A DNA stretch of 64,000 nucleotides, taken from positions 91,029 to 155,028 of the forward strand of contig JBAYVA010000003.1 in NCBI GenBank assembly GCA_041674805.1. Reading direction: 5' to 3'. The notes below the pieces were generated by a model, which had not been told where the DNA came from, did no database searches, and was given only the letters and a program-made list of their open reading frames with translations. Shown here in pieces: positions 18,607 through 28,432 of this stretch (position 1 is the stretch's first letter; every line of letters starts with the position of its first letter). A program made the translations under genes and the position numbers. Origin of the DNA: Candidatus Magasanikiibacteriota bacterium. Its GTDB lineage: Bacteria; Patescibacteriota; Patescibacteriia; Magasanikbacterales; UBA922.

Positions 18607-21339
18607 CTAAATATTATTAAATTGTTTATTTAACTTCTCCAATTTTTCTTTTGCTTCACTCAACTTATTTGTTTCTTGTTCAATTATACTTGCTGGAGCA
18701 CTACTTACAAAACCTGAATTACTTAGTTTACCTTCAAGTCCTGCAATGTATTTAGTCAATTGTTCTATTTCTTTACCTAGTTTTTCTTTTTCTTTGGCGA
18801 AGTCAACCACGCCCGCAAGTTCAACAAAAACTTCTACACCACTTTCGACAAAAGAAACGGACTGATCAGGTTTTGCAATCTTTTCTTCAATATGCAAATT
18901 TTCTAATCTAGCCAATTTACTAATTATTGCAGAATTTTGTGACAACAAATCTTTTTTATCACCTGCTGAAATTGTGACGTTCAGTTTTTTGACTGGATCA
19001 ATTTTGTAATCACCTTTTATTGAGCGAATACCGACTATCACATTTTGAATAATTTCAAAATCTTTTATTTCTAAATTTTGTTCAGTACTTAAAGGAAATT
19101 TTTCAACCATCAAAATATTTTCTTTACCATAAAATTCTTGCCAGATAGCTTCTGTCACAAATGGCATAAAAGGATGCCAAAGTTTGAGTACTGTGCTCAA
19201 AACGTAATTCAATATTTCTGATTTATTACCTTCAATTTTGGCAATCTCTAGATACCAATCTGCCAAATCATTCCAAGTGAAGTCACGAAGTTTTTCACCA
19301 GCGTAAGATAAGTTCATACTATCCAAATTACTAACAACCACATTACTTACTTCACTCAATTTTTGCAAAATCCATTTATCTGAAAGAGTTTTAGCTTCGG
19401 GCAAACTTATATCTTTCACCAATTTCTTTTCTTCAGCTTCCAAAGTCATTTCAATAAATCTTGCCATGTTCCAAAGTTTGTTAGCAAAATTTCTAAAACC
19501 ACCAATTTTTTCTTCAGACAATTTCATATCATTGCCTGGAGTATTACCGAGCAAAAGTGAAAGACGTGTCGCATCAGTGCCATACTTCTCTATCATATCA
19601 AGTGGATTGATAATATTTCCCAAGCTCTTACTCATTTTACGACCTTGTTCATCACGTACCAAACCATGCAAATAAACAGTTTCAAAAGGAACTTGACCAA
19701 GAGTATAAGTAGTCATAAGTATCATACGAGCTACCCAAAAAAATAAAATATCATAACCAGTTTCAAGTACTGAAGTTGGATGAAAATTTTTCAAATCTTG
19801 TGAATCTAAATTTGGATAACCAAGTGTAGAAAACGTCCATAAACCAGAACTAAACCAAGTATCCAAAGTATCAGGATCTTGTGTCCAGCCTTCACCTTCA
19901 GGTGCATCGACTCCAACAAAAATTTCCTCATTCCCCATTCCACTTTCCTCGTTACTCTTCTTATACCAAACCGGGATCTGATGTCCATACCAAATCTGAC
20001 GAGAAATACACCAATCACGAAGATTATCTATCCAGTTGAAATAAACTTTGTCGAATCTTTCTGGCACGATTTTTATTTGTCCAGTAGTTACTACTTTTTG
20101 CATCAATTCTTTGAGAGAATATTCTTGGCCTTCTTCAATACCCTTCAATTCCAATTTTCCTGTGAACTCTGAACTTTGAACTTTGAACTTTTTGTTTACA
20201 TCTACAAACCATTGAGTTTTTGGTAAAGGTTCAACAACATCTTTGAATCTATCAGAAGTACCAACATTTTGAATGATGTCTTCTTCTTTTTCGAGCAGAC
20301 CTTCGGCACGTAAATAGTTTACAAATTTTTCACGAGCTTCTTCTACACCTAAGCCTGTATAATCACTACCAGCATTACCAGTCATTTTGCCATCTTCACC
20401 AATAACTTGAATCAGTCCAATATCATTGCCAAGTGCTTTTTGTTTCAAATACATTTCAAAATCCACAGGACTGTGAGCTGTGGTTACACCAAGGGCTCCT
20501 GTACCAAAACTTTCATCAACATGATCGTCGCCAATAATTTTTATTTTTAGAATATGACCTTTTTGTCCGACATCTTGTACTTCAAATTCTTGACCAATAT
20601 ATTTTTGGTATTTTCCTGTAGGATTTACAGCCACAGCAGTATCACCAAGCTTGGTTTCCGGACGTGTAGTCGCAATAGTAATCGGAAAATCTTTACTATA
20701 TTTGAAATAATACATCTTAGCAGGACGTTCAATATGAACAAGTTCATCATCACTACAAGTAGATTGACCCTTTACTGACCAATTGATTACTCGGTAGCCT
20801 CGATAAATAAGTCCATCATCATACATTTTTTTGAAAACAGTTTTGACAGCCAAATTTCTTTTGTCATCCAATGTAAAAGCTTCTCTACTCCAATCTAAAC
20901 TAGAACCCATTTTTTTGGATTGATTGACAATAGTATCGTGAGATTCTTGAGCAAACTGAGCAACTCTTTTTAAAAAATTTTCTCTACCCAATTCTTCTTT
21001 TGGTTTTTTGAATTCTCCTGATTCAATCAGCATCTTTTCAACTTTGGATTCAGTAGCAACAGCAGCATGATCAGTACCTGGCACCCAGAGCGTTTTATCG
21101 CCTTTCATACGATGATATCTGACCATTACGTCTTCTATTGCGAGCATGGCAGCATGACCCATGTGTAGTGTTCCTGTGACGTTTGGTGGAGGCAAGACGA
21201 TAGTAAAAGGTTTGGAATCTTCTGTTGTTATTTTCTCTCTAATACAAACATCAGGATCAAAAAATCCACTATCTTCCCAAGACTTATAAATATCATCTTC
21301 GTATTTTTTTGGTTCGTAAGATTTTGCTAGACTTTCCAT
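18607..21339 (-). CDS. valS: Valine--tRNA ligase
   Basis: PPPNVTGTLHMGHA (HIGH), KMSKSLGN, and a C-terminal coiled coil; 910 aa. Confidence 0.95.
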   Translation of the reverse strand: MESLAKSYEPKKYEDDIYKSWEDSGFFDPDVCIREKITTEDSKPFTIVLPPPNVTGTLHMGHAAMLAIEDVMVRYHRMKGDKTLWVPGTDHAAVATESKVEKMLIESGEFKKPKEELGRENFLKRVAQFAQESHDTIVNQSKKMGSSLDWSREAFTLDDKRNLAVKTVFKKMYDDGLIYRGYRVINWSVKGQSTCSDDELVHIERPAKMYYFKYSKDFPITIATTRPETKLGDTAVAVNPTGKYQKYIGQEFEVQDVGQKGHILKIKIIGDDHVDESFGTGALGVTTAHSPVDFEMYLKQKALGNDIGLIQVIGEDGKMTGNAGSDYTGLGVEEAREKFVNYLRAEGLLEKEEDIIQNVGTSDRFKDVVEPLPKTQWFVDVNKKFKVQSSEFTGKLELKGIEEGQEYSLKELMQKVVTTGQIKIVPERFDKVYFNWIDNLRDWCISRQIWYGHQIPVWYKKSNEESGMGNEEIFVGVDAPEGEGWTQDPDTLDTWFSSGLWTFSTLGYPNLDSQDLKNFHPTSVLETGYDILFFWVARMILMTTYTLGQVPFETVYLHGLVRDEQGRKMSKSLGNIINPLDMIEKYGTDATRLSLLLGNTPGNDMKLSEEKIGGFRNFANKLWNMARFIEMTLEAEEKKLVKDISLPEAKTLSDKWILQKLSEVSNVVVSNLDSMNLSYAGEKLRDFTWNDLADWYLEIAKIEGNKSEILNYVLSTVLKLWHPFMPFVTEAIWQEFYGKENILMVEKFPLSTEQNLEIKDFEIIQNVIVGIRSIKGDYKIDPVKKLNVTISAGDKKDLLSQNSAIISKLARLENLHIEEKIAKPDQSVSFVESGVEVFVELAGVVDFAKEKEKLGKEIEQLTKYIAGLEGKLSNSGFVSSAPASIIEQETNKLSEAKEKLEKLNKQFNNI

Positions 21340-21360
21340 ATTTTTTATTATCTTAACACT

Positions 21361-21394
21361 CCGGATATACGGATAATCCTAATTTTCCGGATAC
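21361..21394 (-). repeat. Copy B1 (reverse orientation) of the ATCCG(T/G)A periodic element
   Basis: Reverse complement reads gtATCCGGAAAattaggattATCCGTATATCCGG. Upstream of the valS start. Confidence 0.65.
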
Positions 21395-21438
21395 TACTAA
21401 TAAAGTTTTTTAAAATTTGTTGTTTATTCCTTAAAAAT

Positions 21439-21471
21439 ATCCGTATCATCCGTATTATCCGGAAATCCGAA
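21439..21471 (+). repeat. Copy B2 of the ATCCG(T/G)A periodic element
   Basis: Sequence atccgtatc atccgtatt atccggaaa tccgaat. Inverted relative to B1, about 45 bp away. Confidence 0.7.
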
Positions 21472-21572
21472 TTGTTAAAGATAGTAATAGTTTACCTCAA
21501 TATCGATATTTTGGCAAGAAAATGCCTAGAGTTAGCCAAATAATTCAAAAAAACGCATAATATTCGGCTCTA

Positions 21573-21601
21573 TTGACATAAAACCTCATTTAGTATATAA
21601 T
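21573..21601 (+). promoter_or_regulatory. Consensus sigma70-type promoter for the DHH phosphoesterase gene
   Basis: TTGACA, a 17-nt spacer, then TATAAT (ttgacataaaacctcatttagtatataat). The ATG lies about 80 nt downstream. Confidence 0.55.
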
Positions 21602-21684
21602 CTTTTATTCTTCTTTTGAACGTTTCAAAGGATGTTGATACTAGGTATTTAAGGCTTGTAGATACTTGATAGCAACAAAAAAAT

Positions 21685-22827
21685 ATGGCACTTGATAAAA
21701 TAGAACAATTCAACAAAGCTATTGAAGACAAAAAAAATATTTTAATAACTTTCAAAAAACACTTCGATGGCGATGCTATAGGAAGTTCTTTGGCTCTAAA
21801 GCTCTTTTTGGAACAACTAGGCAAACGCGTAGATATTGTCTGTGATTCTTTTGTTTTACCAAGTCAATACCAATTTTTGAAACACTCCAACAAAATAAAA
21901 GATAGTTTTGATGGATTAAATAATTTTGTTATTAGTATTGATGTAGAAAAAAATGGTCTATCTGAATTGAGTTATGACATCAAAGAAAACAAATTGAGAA
22001 TATTTATTACTCCAAAAAATGGTTATATCAACAAAGAAAATATCACTACTAGCCAAAGTGACTTCAAATATGATTTGATAATCACTGTTGATACAACTGA
22101 TTTATCTTCTCTTGGTGACATTTTTACTAATCACGAAAACTTTTTTTATAGCAAACCTCTTATCAATATTGATCACAAAGCCAACAATGAACATTTTGGA
22201 CAAATCAATATTATAGAATTACCTGCTAGTAGCAGTTCTGAAATAGTATTTGAAATTTTGCAACAAGCCAAAGAAGAATTAATCAACAGACAAGTCGCTC
22301 AATCTTTACTAACAGGTATTATTGCTGGTACAAATAGTTTCAAAAAAAATAAAGTCCGTCCACTAACTTTACAAGTTGCTAGTAAATTAGTAGATTTGGG
22401 AGCTGACAGAGCTTTTATTATCAAAAATCTTTATCAAACCAAATCTATTGCTACTTTCAAAATTTGGGGAACTATACTAAGTCATCTAAAAGAAGACAAG
22501 GATTTAAATTTAGTTTGGTCTACTATTACGCGTGACGACTTTGTCAGAAGTGGTGCTAAAAAAGAAGATTTAAACAATATTATAGATGAGTTGATCACGA
22601 CTGCACCTACTGCTCAATTTGTTTTGTTACTCAATGAAGATCCAGAAGAAAAAAACAAAATATCTGGTATATTGAGAATATTACCACAAAATCATGCGAC
22701 AGAAATGATGAAAAAATACAATGCTGATGGTGATGAAAATGAAACAAAATTTGAAATAAATGGCAAAAATTTAAATGATGTGGAAGAAGAAATTGTAGCG
22801 CATATAAAAAATGAGATAAATAAATAA
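21685..22827 (+). CDS. DHH-family phosphoesterase (NrnA-like oligoribonuclease/pAp phosphatase)
   Basis: DHH motif context HFDGDAIGS, IDHKANNEHFG, and a DHHA1-like C-terminal part. Confidence 0.7.
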   Translation: MALDKIEQFNKAIEDKKNILITFKKHFDGDAIGSSLALKLFLEQLGKRVDIVCDSFVLPSQYQFLKHSNKIKDSFDGLNNFVISIDVEKNGLSELSYDIKENKLRIFITPKNGYINKENITTSQSDFKYDLIITVDTTDLSSLGDIFTNHENFFYSKPLINIDHKANNEHFGQINIIELPASSSSEIVFEILQQAKEELINRQVAQSLLTGIIAGTNSFKKNKVRPLTLQVASKLVDLGADRAFIIKNLYQTKSIATFKIWGTILSHLKEDKDLNLVWSTITRDDFVRSGAKKEDLNNIIDELITTAPTAQFVLLLNEDPEEKNKISGILRILPQNHATEMMKKYNADGDENETKFEINGKNLNDVEEEIVAHIKNEINK

Positions 22828-22857
22828 AACACATAACACAATACATATAACAAATAA

Positions 22858-22895
22858 AAAACACGTATAGAAATATTCGTGTTTTATTTTTCTAA
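22858..22895 (+). terminator. Intrinsic terminator after the DHH gene
   Basis: Hairpin aacacgtatagaaatattcgtgtt followed by TTTTATTTTT. Confidence 0.6.
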
Positions 22896-23012
22896 ATTAT
22901 CTATTGTTGACCACAACATTTTGGCAAGTTCTTCTTTTCTATGAAACATATTTATATATTCTTTCGTAGAAAGATAGCCCAAATTACATGCTAAATAAAA
23001 AGTGATAATTGA

Positions 23013-23213
23013 TTATTGCAAAGATCCATAATATATTTTATAAAAATTAGTCATCACTTTTCTCTTCTTTCTAGCAAAACCTTCTACATAATTTAACAAT
23101 ACAGAAACCATAGATCTACGACATTGCGAGGTCAATGTATATCTTTCATCACTTGGAAATTTTCTAGAAATAATGTATCCAGACAATATATAATCTGTAA
23201 TTTTTTTCTTCAA
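23013..23213 (-). pseudogene. Truncated four-helix-bundle protein (23S rRNA intervening-sequence protein / Avd-like family) fragment
   Basis: Carries the family core FPSDERYTLTSQCRRSMVSVLLNYVEGFARK (compare FPxxEkYsLtsQlRRAavSipsNIAEGfgR). No ATG: the frame opens at a stop and only a TTG start is available. About half the expected length. Confidence 0.5.
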
Positions 23214-23280
23214 AATATCATGAAACCACTCCTTAAAACTTTTGATAAATGATATGTGTTATGTGATATGTGGCATGTGC

Positions 23281-24858
23281 TTAAATTAGTGAACGTCCCG
23301 TCATTTCCTCAGGTTTATCTATACCCAAAACTTTGAGAATTGTCGGCGCTACATCACCCAACACACCAGACTTAGGCAAAAGACTCAAATCATCATCAGG
23401 TGAATCTCCTACATTACCAGAAATACCAAATAATTTTTCTTGAATAATAATAAAAGGAACATTGTTGTTACTATTTTGTTTATCAAGAGTACCTGTCTTC
23501 ATACTAAGTACTTCTTCAGCACTACCACTGTCTCCAACAATAAATAAAACTCCGTCTTCAGCCAAAACATATTCAGCAATTTTACCAATATATTTGTCCA
23601 AAATTTCACAAGCTTTTATAGTAGCTTGAAAATCACCAGTTTTAGACACACTTTCAGCATTAGAAAAATTGGCCAAGATAAAATCATACTTTTCTGATTT
23701 TATAGCTTTGACAACATCTTTGACAATTGAATTAGCTGCCATTTCAGGAACTTCTTTATATGACAAAACTTTTTTAGAAGGAACAAGTACAAATTCTTCA
23801 TCACCAAATTTGTCTTCAAACATTCCACTAAAAAAAGAAGTAACACAACTATATTTTTCTGTTTCAGCAATTCTGATTTGTCTCATTTCTGCTTTGGACA
23901 AAACTTCTGCCAAAGAATTATGAATGATATTGCGAGGGTAAGCAACCACAACAGGAATTTCTTTTTCGTAATCAGTCATTGTCACAAAAAATAAATTACG
24001 TAAATAAATACGTTCAAATTTTGGAAAAGCTGGCAAAACAAAAGACTTAGTCAATTGTCTAGCAAGTCTAGCTCCAAAATTAGCAAAAATTACAGCATCA
24101 TTTTTTTGAATAAAATTTAATTTAGTTTTACTACCAATCAAAGTAGGTAAAACATCAGCATCGTAAATTTCTTTGTCATAAGATTTTTGAATAGCTTCAA
24201 AAGATGTCTCTTCAATATTCAAAACTTTTTCACCTGTCATGTGATAATAGGCCAAAGAAATTTTGTCCCAATTACGACCATTGTCCAAAGCATAATTTCT
24301 ACCAGAAATACTAACAATTTTACCTATACCTAATTCAGACATTTTAGCTTCTATTTTTTTTATATGATGAATACCATTGTTATAAATATCATCTTCACCA
24401 TCCAAAATAGCATGCACAAAAACTTCTTTTACCTTGTTTTGTTTTGCCACTTGCAATAAAGCAAAAAAATGTTCATCATTGGCATTGTGAATTTGATTCC
24501 CAAATAAAGTAATAATATGTAAATTAGAATTATTTTTTTCAGTATGTTCTATAGCTGACAAAAAAGCATGATTGGAAAAAAACTTACCACTCGCTATAGC
24601 AGCATTTATTCTTGGTAAAATTTTTTTATAAATTCTACCAGAACCAATATTCAAATGACCAACACGAGAATTACCAGCTTCAAAATCCAAAAGTCCCACA
24701 TCTTTACCAGACGCACCAAGACTCATCACTGGATATTGTTGAATAAATTTATCAAAATTTGGAGTATTAGCTTTAAAAATTGCATTGCCAGGTGTATTTG
24801 GTGCAATTCCCCAACCACTCAAAGTAAGTAAAACAGCAGGTTTTGGACGATTCATCAT
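23281..24858 (-). CDS. iPGM-like paralog (alkaline-phosphatase superfamily) with degenerate metal-binding sites; probable pseudoenzyme or altered function
   Basis: Full-length similarity to cofactor-independent phosphoglycerate mutase, including the catalytic Ser in GNSRVGH. Against the neighbouring paralog: the conserved DGxG aspartate is Ser (LSGWG vs ILDGFG); MVGHTGD is SVSKTGD; ADHGNAE is GDSGSAE; NHVPF is NNVPF. The likely real start is the MMNRP methionine, not the extended track start at 24912. Confidence 0.6.
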   Translation of the reverse strand: MMNRPKPAVLLTLSGWGIAPNTPGNAIFKANTPNFDKFIQQYPVMSLGASGKDVGLLDFEAGNSRVGHLNIGSGRIYKKILPRINAAIASGKFFSNHAFLSAIEHTEKNNSNLHIITLFGNQIHNANDEHFFALLQVAKQNKVKEVFVHAILDGEDDIYNNGIHHIKKIEAKMSELGIGKIVSISGRNYALDNGRNWDKISLAYYHMTGEKVLNIEETSFEAIQKSYDKEIYDADVLPTLIGSKTKLNFIQKNDAVIFANFGARLARQLTKSFVLPAFPKFERIYLRNLFFVTMTDYEKEIPVVVAYPRNIIHNSLAEVLSKAEMRQIRIAETEKYSCVTSFFSGMFEDKFGDEEFVLVPSKKVLSYKEVPEMAANSIVKDVVKAIKSEKYDFILANFSNAESVSKTGDFQATIKACEILDKYIGKIAEYVLAEDGVLFIVGDSGSAEEVLSMKTGTLDKQNSNNNVPFIIIQEKLFGISGNVGDSPDDDLSLLPKSGVLGDVAPTILKVLGIDKPEEMTGRSLI

Positions 24859-24950
24859 AATTTTAAATTTAGCAATTTTAAATTTTAATTTGTCCGCCTT
24901 GGGTGGAAACAATTTAAAAATTTTACAATTTCATCCCGATTTTATCAGGA

Positions 24951-26534
24951 CTAAATTAAAGAATGTCCCGTCATTTCATCTGGTTTTTCAATATTCAACA
25001 CTTTCAAAATAGTCGGAGCAATATCTGAAAGTCTACCTTTTTTCAATTTTGTTTTCTTATCATCACTAATCAAAATAAATGGGACATGATTATCAGTATG
25101 AGACGTCATAATCTCCCCAGTCTTTTCATCAAACATCTTTTCAGCATTACCATGATCAGCCGTAATAAATACTATACCATTTTTTGATAAAACACAATCT
25201 ACTACTCTTTTCACCTGATTATCCATATAATTTACCGCTTTTTTAGCTGCTTCAAAATCACCAGTATGCCCGACCATGTCAGCGTTAGGATAATTTACTG
25301 TAATAAAATTGTAAGTATTATTTTCTAAATAATTTATAATAATATTAGTAATTTCTTGTGCATGCATTTCTGGTTTATCAGCATATGAATAATGTGCACC
25401 AGATTTTATCATAAGTCTTTTTTCACCATTAATAGGTTCTGAATAACCACCATTCATAAAATAAGTAACATGCGCGTATTTTTCAGTTTCAGAAATATAT
25501 AATTGATTATAATTTTCACCAATTGCTTTGGCCAAACAATTTTTAAAATCTGGACTTGGAAAAGCTGTAAAAATTCCTGGTAAATCTGGACCAAAATCTG
25601 TCATAGCCACAAAACGAATATTTTTTGGTAATTTGTTTCTTTTAAACGCACCTGGATTCATCTTTTGAAAATTTTCCTGAACTAAAGACTTGGTAATTTG
25701 TCTAGCTCTATCACTTCTGGCATTGAAAAAATAAATAACATCATTATCTTCAATGTTACCCACAGGTTTTCCACCTTCAACAATAACTGTGGGTAAAATG
25801 TATTCATCAGTTTCATCTCTATTATAAGCTTGAGAAATTGCTTCTTCAGCACTTTCAGCTTGTAAACCAACACCCGAGACCATAGCATCATAAGCTTGTT
25901 TAGTTCTACTCCACATTTTGTTTCTATCCATACCATAAAATCTACCCATAATCGTCGCAATTTTTTCACCATTTTTCATATTCTTACGCAAAAGACGCAA
26001 AAAATTTACAGCACCATGAGTAGAAGAATCACGACCATCTGTAAACAAATGTAAAAAAACTTTTTTATGTCCTTGCTTACGAAAATATTCTAATAAAGAA
26101 TAAATATGTTCTGGATTAGAATGAGCACTTTGACCATCAGTCAAAAGTCCCATCAAATGAACAGAACTATTATATTTTTTGGCATGATAAAGAGCATGAC
26201 GAAATGAGTCATTTTTGAAAAAAGTTCCATCTTTGATAGCATGCGTAATTCGCACCAAATCTTGCTCAACTACTCTACCCGCGCCAATATTCAAATGTCC
26301 TGCTTCAGAATTTCCTTCTTGATTAGGAAAAAGACCAACATCCAAACCACTAGCTATAAGTTGAGTATTAGAATAATCTTTTATATAAGAAAAAATATTT
26401 GGTGCTGTCTCTGGTGTAATTGCATTACCAACATTTTTGAAATCAGCCAAACCAAAACCATCGAGGATCATGAAGACAACTGGCTTGTTTTTTTTATTGA
26501 TTTCTTCGTTTTGTAGGTTTAATTCTTTTGACAT
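24951..26534 (-). CDS. gpmI: 2,3-bisphosphoglycerate-independent phosphoglycerate mutase
   Basis: ILDGFG, GNSEAGH (catalytic Ser), NADMVGHTGD, TADHGNAE and NHVPF are all intact. Confidence 0.85.
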   Translation of the reverse strand: MSKELNLQNEEINKKNKPVVFMILDGFGLADFKNVGNAITPETAPNIFSYIKDYSNTQLIASGLDVGLFPNQEGNSEAGHLNIGAGRVVEQDLVRITHAIKDGTFFKNDSFRHALYHAKKYNSSVHLMGLLTDGQSAHSNPEHIYSLLEYFRKQGHKKVFLHLFTDGRDSSTHGAVNFLRLLRKNMKNGEKIATIMGRFYGMDRNKMWSRTKQAYDAMVSGVGLQAESAEEAISQAYNRDETDEYILPTVIVEGGKPVGNIEDNDVIYFFNARSDRARQITKSLVQENFQKMNPGAFKRNKLPKNIRFVAMTDFGPDLPGIFTAFPSPDFKNCLAKAIGENYNQLYISETEKYAHVTYFMNGGYSEPINGEKRLMIKSGAHYSYADKPEMHAQEITNIIINYLENNTYNFITVNYPNADMVGHTGDFEAAKKAVNYMDNQVKRVVDCVLSKNGIVFITADHGNAEKMFDEKTGEIMTSHTDNHVPFILISDDKKTKLKKGRLSDIAPTILKVLNIEKPDEMTGHSLI

Positions 26535-26596
26535 ATTTAAAAATTTCCAATACTAAATAAACAAATTCCAAATAATATACAAATAACAAATTAAAA

Positions 26597-26947
26597 TTAT
26601 GTAGATTTGTCTATTATAGTGGATAATATTTTTCTTAACTCAATTGATTCGTTTAGTAAGGATTTTATTCTATTTGCTAAATTTAAATTATTATCAATAA
26701 TCAGTTCTATCCAATATGTAGTTTCTTTACATTCTTTTCTCGAGATTTTGATTCTGTGTAAAAAATCTTTTTTACTCAATTTTTCATTTGCCTCTCTATA
26801 ATTTGCTCCAACTGAAGTGGAAGAACGTATTATTTGTTTTATATATACATTATTTATTTCACTTTTTTCTAAAGCTTTGCACATTTTTGCAATTCTTTTC
26901 GCAAACTCCAAAGTTCTTGTTTCCAAGTTGTAAATTTTCCCCTCCAT
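26597..26947 (-). CDS. Four-helix-bundle protein (23S rRNA-IVS / Avd-like family), full length
   Basis: 116 aa. IIRSSTSVGANYREANEKLSKKDFLHRIKISRKECKETTYWIELI fits the family pattern. Confidence 0.6.
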   Translation of the reverse strand: MEGKIYNLETRTLEFAKRIAKMCKALEKSEINNVYIKQIIRSSTSVGANYREANEKLSKKDFLHRIKISRKECKETTYWIELIIDNNLNLANRIKSLLNESIELRKILSTIIDKST

Positions 26948-27005
26948 AAATTTTTTTGTATATTGTAATTTTGATATTATTTGGAATTTGTTTATTTAAT
27001 ATTGT

Positions 27006-28262
27006 TTATTTTTCAGTTTCTTCTTCAATCTCCATCAATCTATTATACTTCTCCACTCTTTCCGATCTACTCATAGAACCTGTTTTGATAAACTCAGAAT
27101 TTACAGCGACAGCTAGGTCAGCAATGAAAGTATCAGCAGTCTCACCTGAACGATGTGACACAGAAACTTTGTAACCATTTTTCTTAGCTAAATAAATCGC
27201 ATCAATTGTTTCAGTCAAAGTTCCAATTTGATTAAGCTTGATAAGTACAGCATTAGCTACTTTTTCATCAATTCCTTTTTGTATACGTTTGACGTTGGTC
27301 ACAAACAAATCATCTCCTACAATAGTCACTTTCTTACCAAATTTTTTGGTAAGAAGAGCCCAATTTTCCCAATCATCTTCAGCCAATGGATCTTCAATAG
27401 AAAGTATAGGATATTTTCTAATCCAAGTTTCTAAAATTCTAATCATTTTGTCTGCACTAGAAGCTTGTGAAGGGCTAGAAAAATAATATTTACCCTTACG
27501 ATAAAATTCTGAAGCAGCAATATCAAAACCAAGAAAAACATTTTTGCCAGGTTCAAAACCTGATGATTGTATTGCTTTTATTACCAATTGAATTGCTCTT
27601 TCATTGTTGAGTAAGTCCGGCGCAAAACCACCTTCATCTCCTACCGAAGTAGTATAACCTTTATCATTCAAAATTGCTTTGAGAGAATGAAAAATTTGAG
27701 AACCCATTCTAACACGCTCGGCAAATTTTTTGTGAATTGGAATAATCATGAATTCCTGACAACTCAAATTGTTGTCAGCGTGTCGTCCACCATTTAAAAT
27801 GTTCATAGTCGCTACTGGCATCCTCCAAGTCTTTTCTGGCAAATTATAAGCACTGCGAATATATTTATATAAAGGCATTTTACTTGCTTTGGCACCAGCA
27901 CGAGCACAGGCAAGAGACACTGACAAAATAGCATTTGCCCCAAGTTTTTTCTTGTTTTCAGTACCATCTAAATCTAACATTAATTTATCAATATTCCTTT
28001 GGTCCAAAACATCTTTACCTATTAAAGCTTTATTAATCAGAGTATTAACATTTTTTACAGCTTTGAGAACTCCTTTACCGCCAAAACGTTGAGCATTGTC
28101 ACGAAGTTCAAGTGCTTCATGAGTACCTGTAGAAGCTCCCGATGGGACAGCAGCCTTACCAATAGCACCACCTTCCAAATAAACTTTTGTTTCTAGAGTT
28201 GGATTACCACGTGAATCCAAAATTTCTCTAGAAACAATTTTTTTTATTTCAGTGTTTTTCAT
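27006..28262 (-). CDS. eno: Enolase
   Basis: MKNTEIKKIVSREILDSRGNPTLETKV N-terminus and conserved enolase core; 418 aa. Confidence 0.95.
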   Translation of the reverse strand: MKNTEIKKIVSREILDSRGNPTLETKVYLEGGAIGKAAVPSGASTGTHEALELRDNAQRFGGKGVLKAVKNVNTLINKALIGKDVLDQRNIDKLMLDLDGTENKKKLGANAILSVSLACARAGAKASKMPLYKYIRSAYNLPEKTWRMPVATMNILNGGRHADNNLSCQEFMIIPIHKKFAERVRMGSQIFHSLKAILNDKGYTTSVGDEGGFAPDLLNNERAIQLVIKAIQSSGFEPGKNVFLGFDIAASEFYRKGKYYFSSPSQASSADKMIRILETWIRKYPILSIEDPLAEDDWENWALLTKKFGKKVTIVGDDLFVTNVKRIQKGIDEKVANAVLIKLNQIGTLTETIDAIYLAKKNGYKVSVSHRSGETADTFIADLAVAVNSEFIKTGSMSRSERVEKYNRLMEIEEETEK

Positions 28263-28330
28263 ATATATTAGTTAATTAGGTATTAGGTATTAGGTTTACT
28301 TAAATTTATAAACGTGAATTTAAAAACAAA

Positions 28331-28380
28331 AAGCCTTTCCGGCCTTTTAAGCTTTTCAAGCCTTTCCCAGCCTTTCTATA
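28331..28380. repeat. Tandem AGCCTTTY array, copy 2 (paralogous to 5704-5750)
   Basis: aagcctttccggccttttaagcttttcaagcctttcccagcctttct. About 75% identical to the array upstream of the third GT4 gene. Confidence 0.6.
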
Positions 28381-28397
28381 TTATACCAAAAAAAACA

Positions 28398-28432
28398 GCC
28401 TTTTGGAAAGGCTGTCTTTAATTCTAGCTAAT
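28398..28432 (-). terminator. Intrinsic terminator after the SIMPL gene
   Basis: aaaaaaaacagccttttggaaaggctgtc on the plus strand reads as hairpin plus U-run on the minus strand. Confidence 0.55.

Noticed and set aside
21570-21824. 84-aa minus-strand ORF
   Set aside because: It overlaps the consensus promoter and 5' end of the well-supported DHH gene on the opposite strand. No motif or signals.
23013-26947. Diversity-generating retroelement suggested by Avd-like four-helix-bundle genes
   Set aside because: No reverse transcriptase, template repeat or variable repeat is recognisable in the window. This family also occurs as standalone or IVS-encoded proteins.
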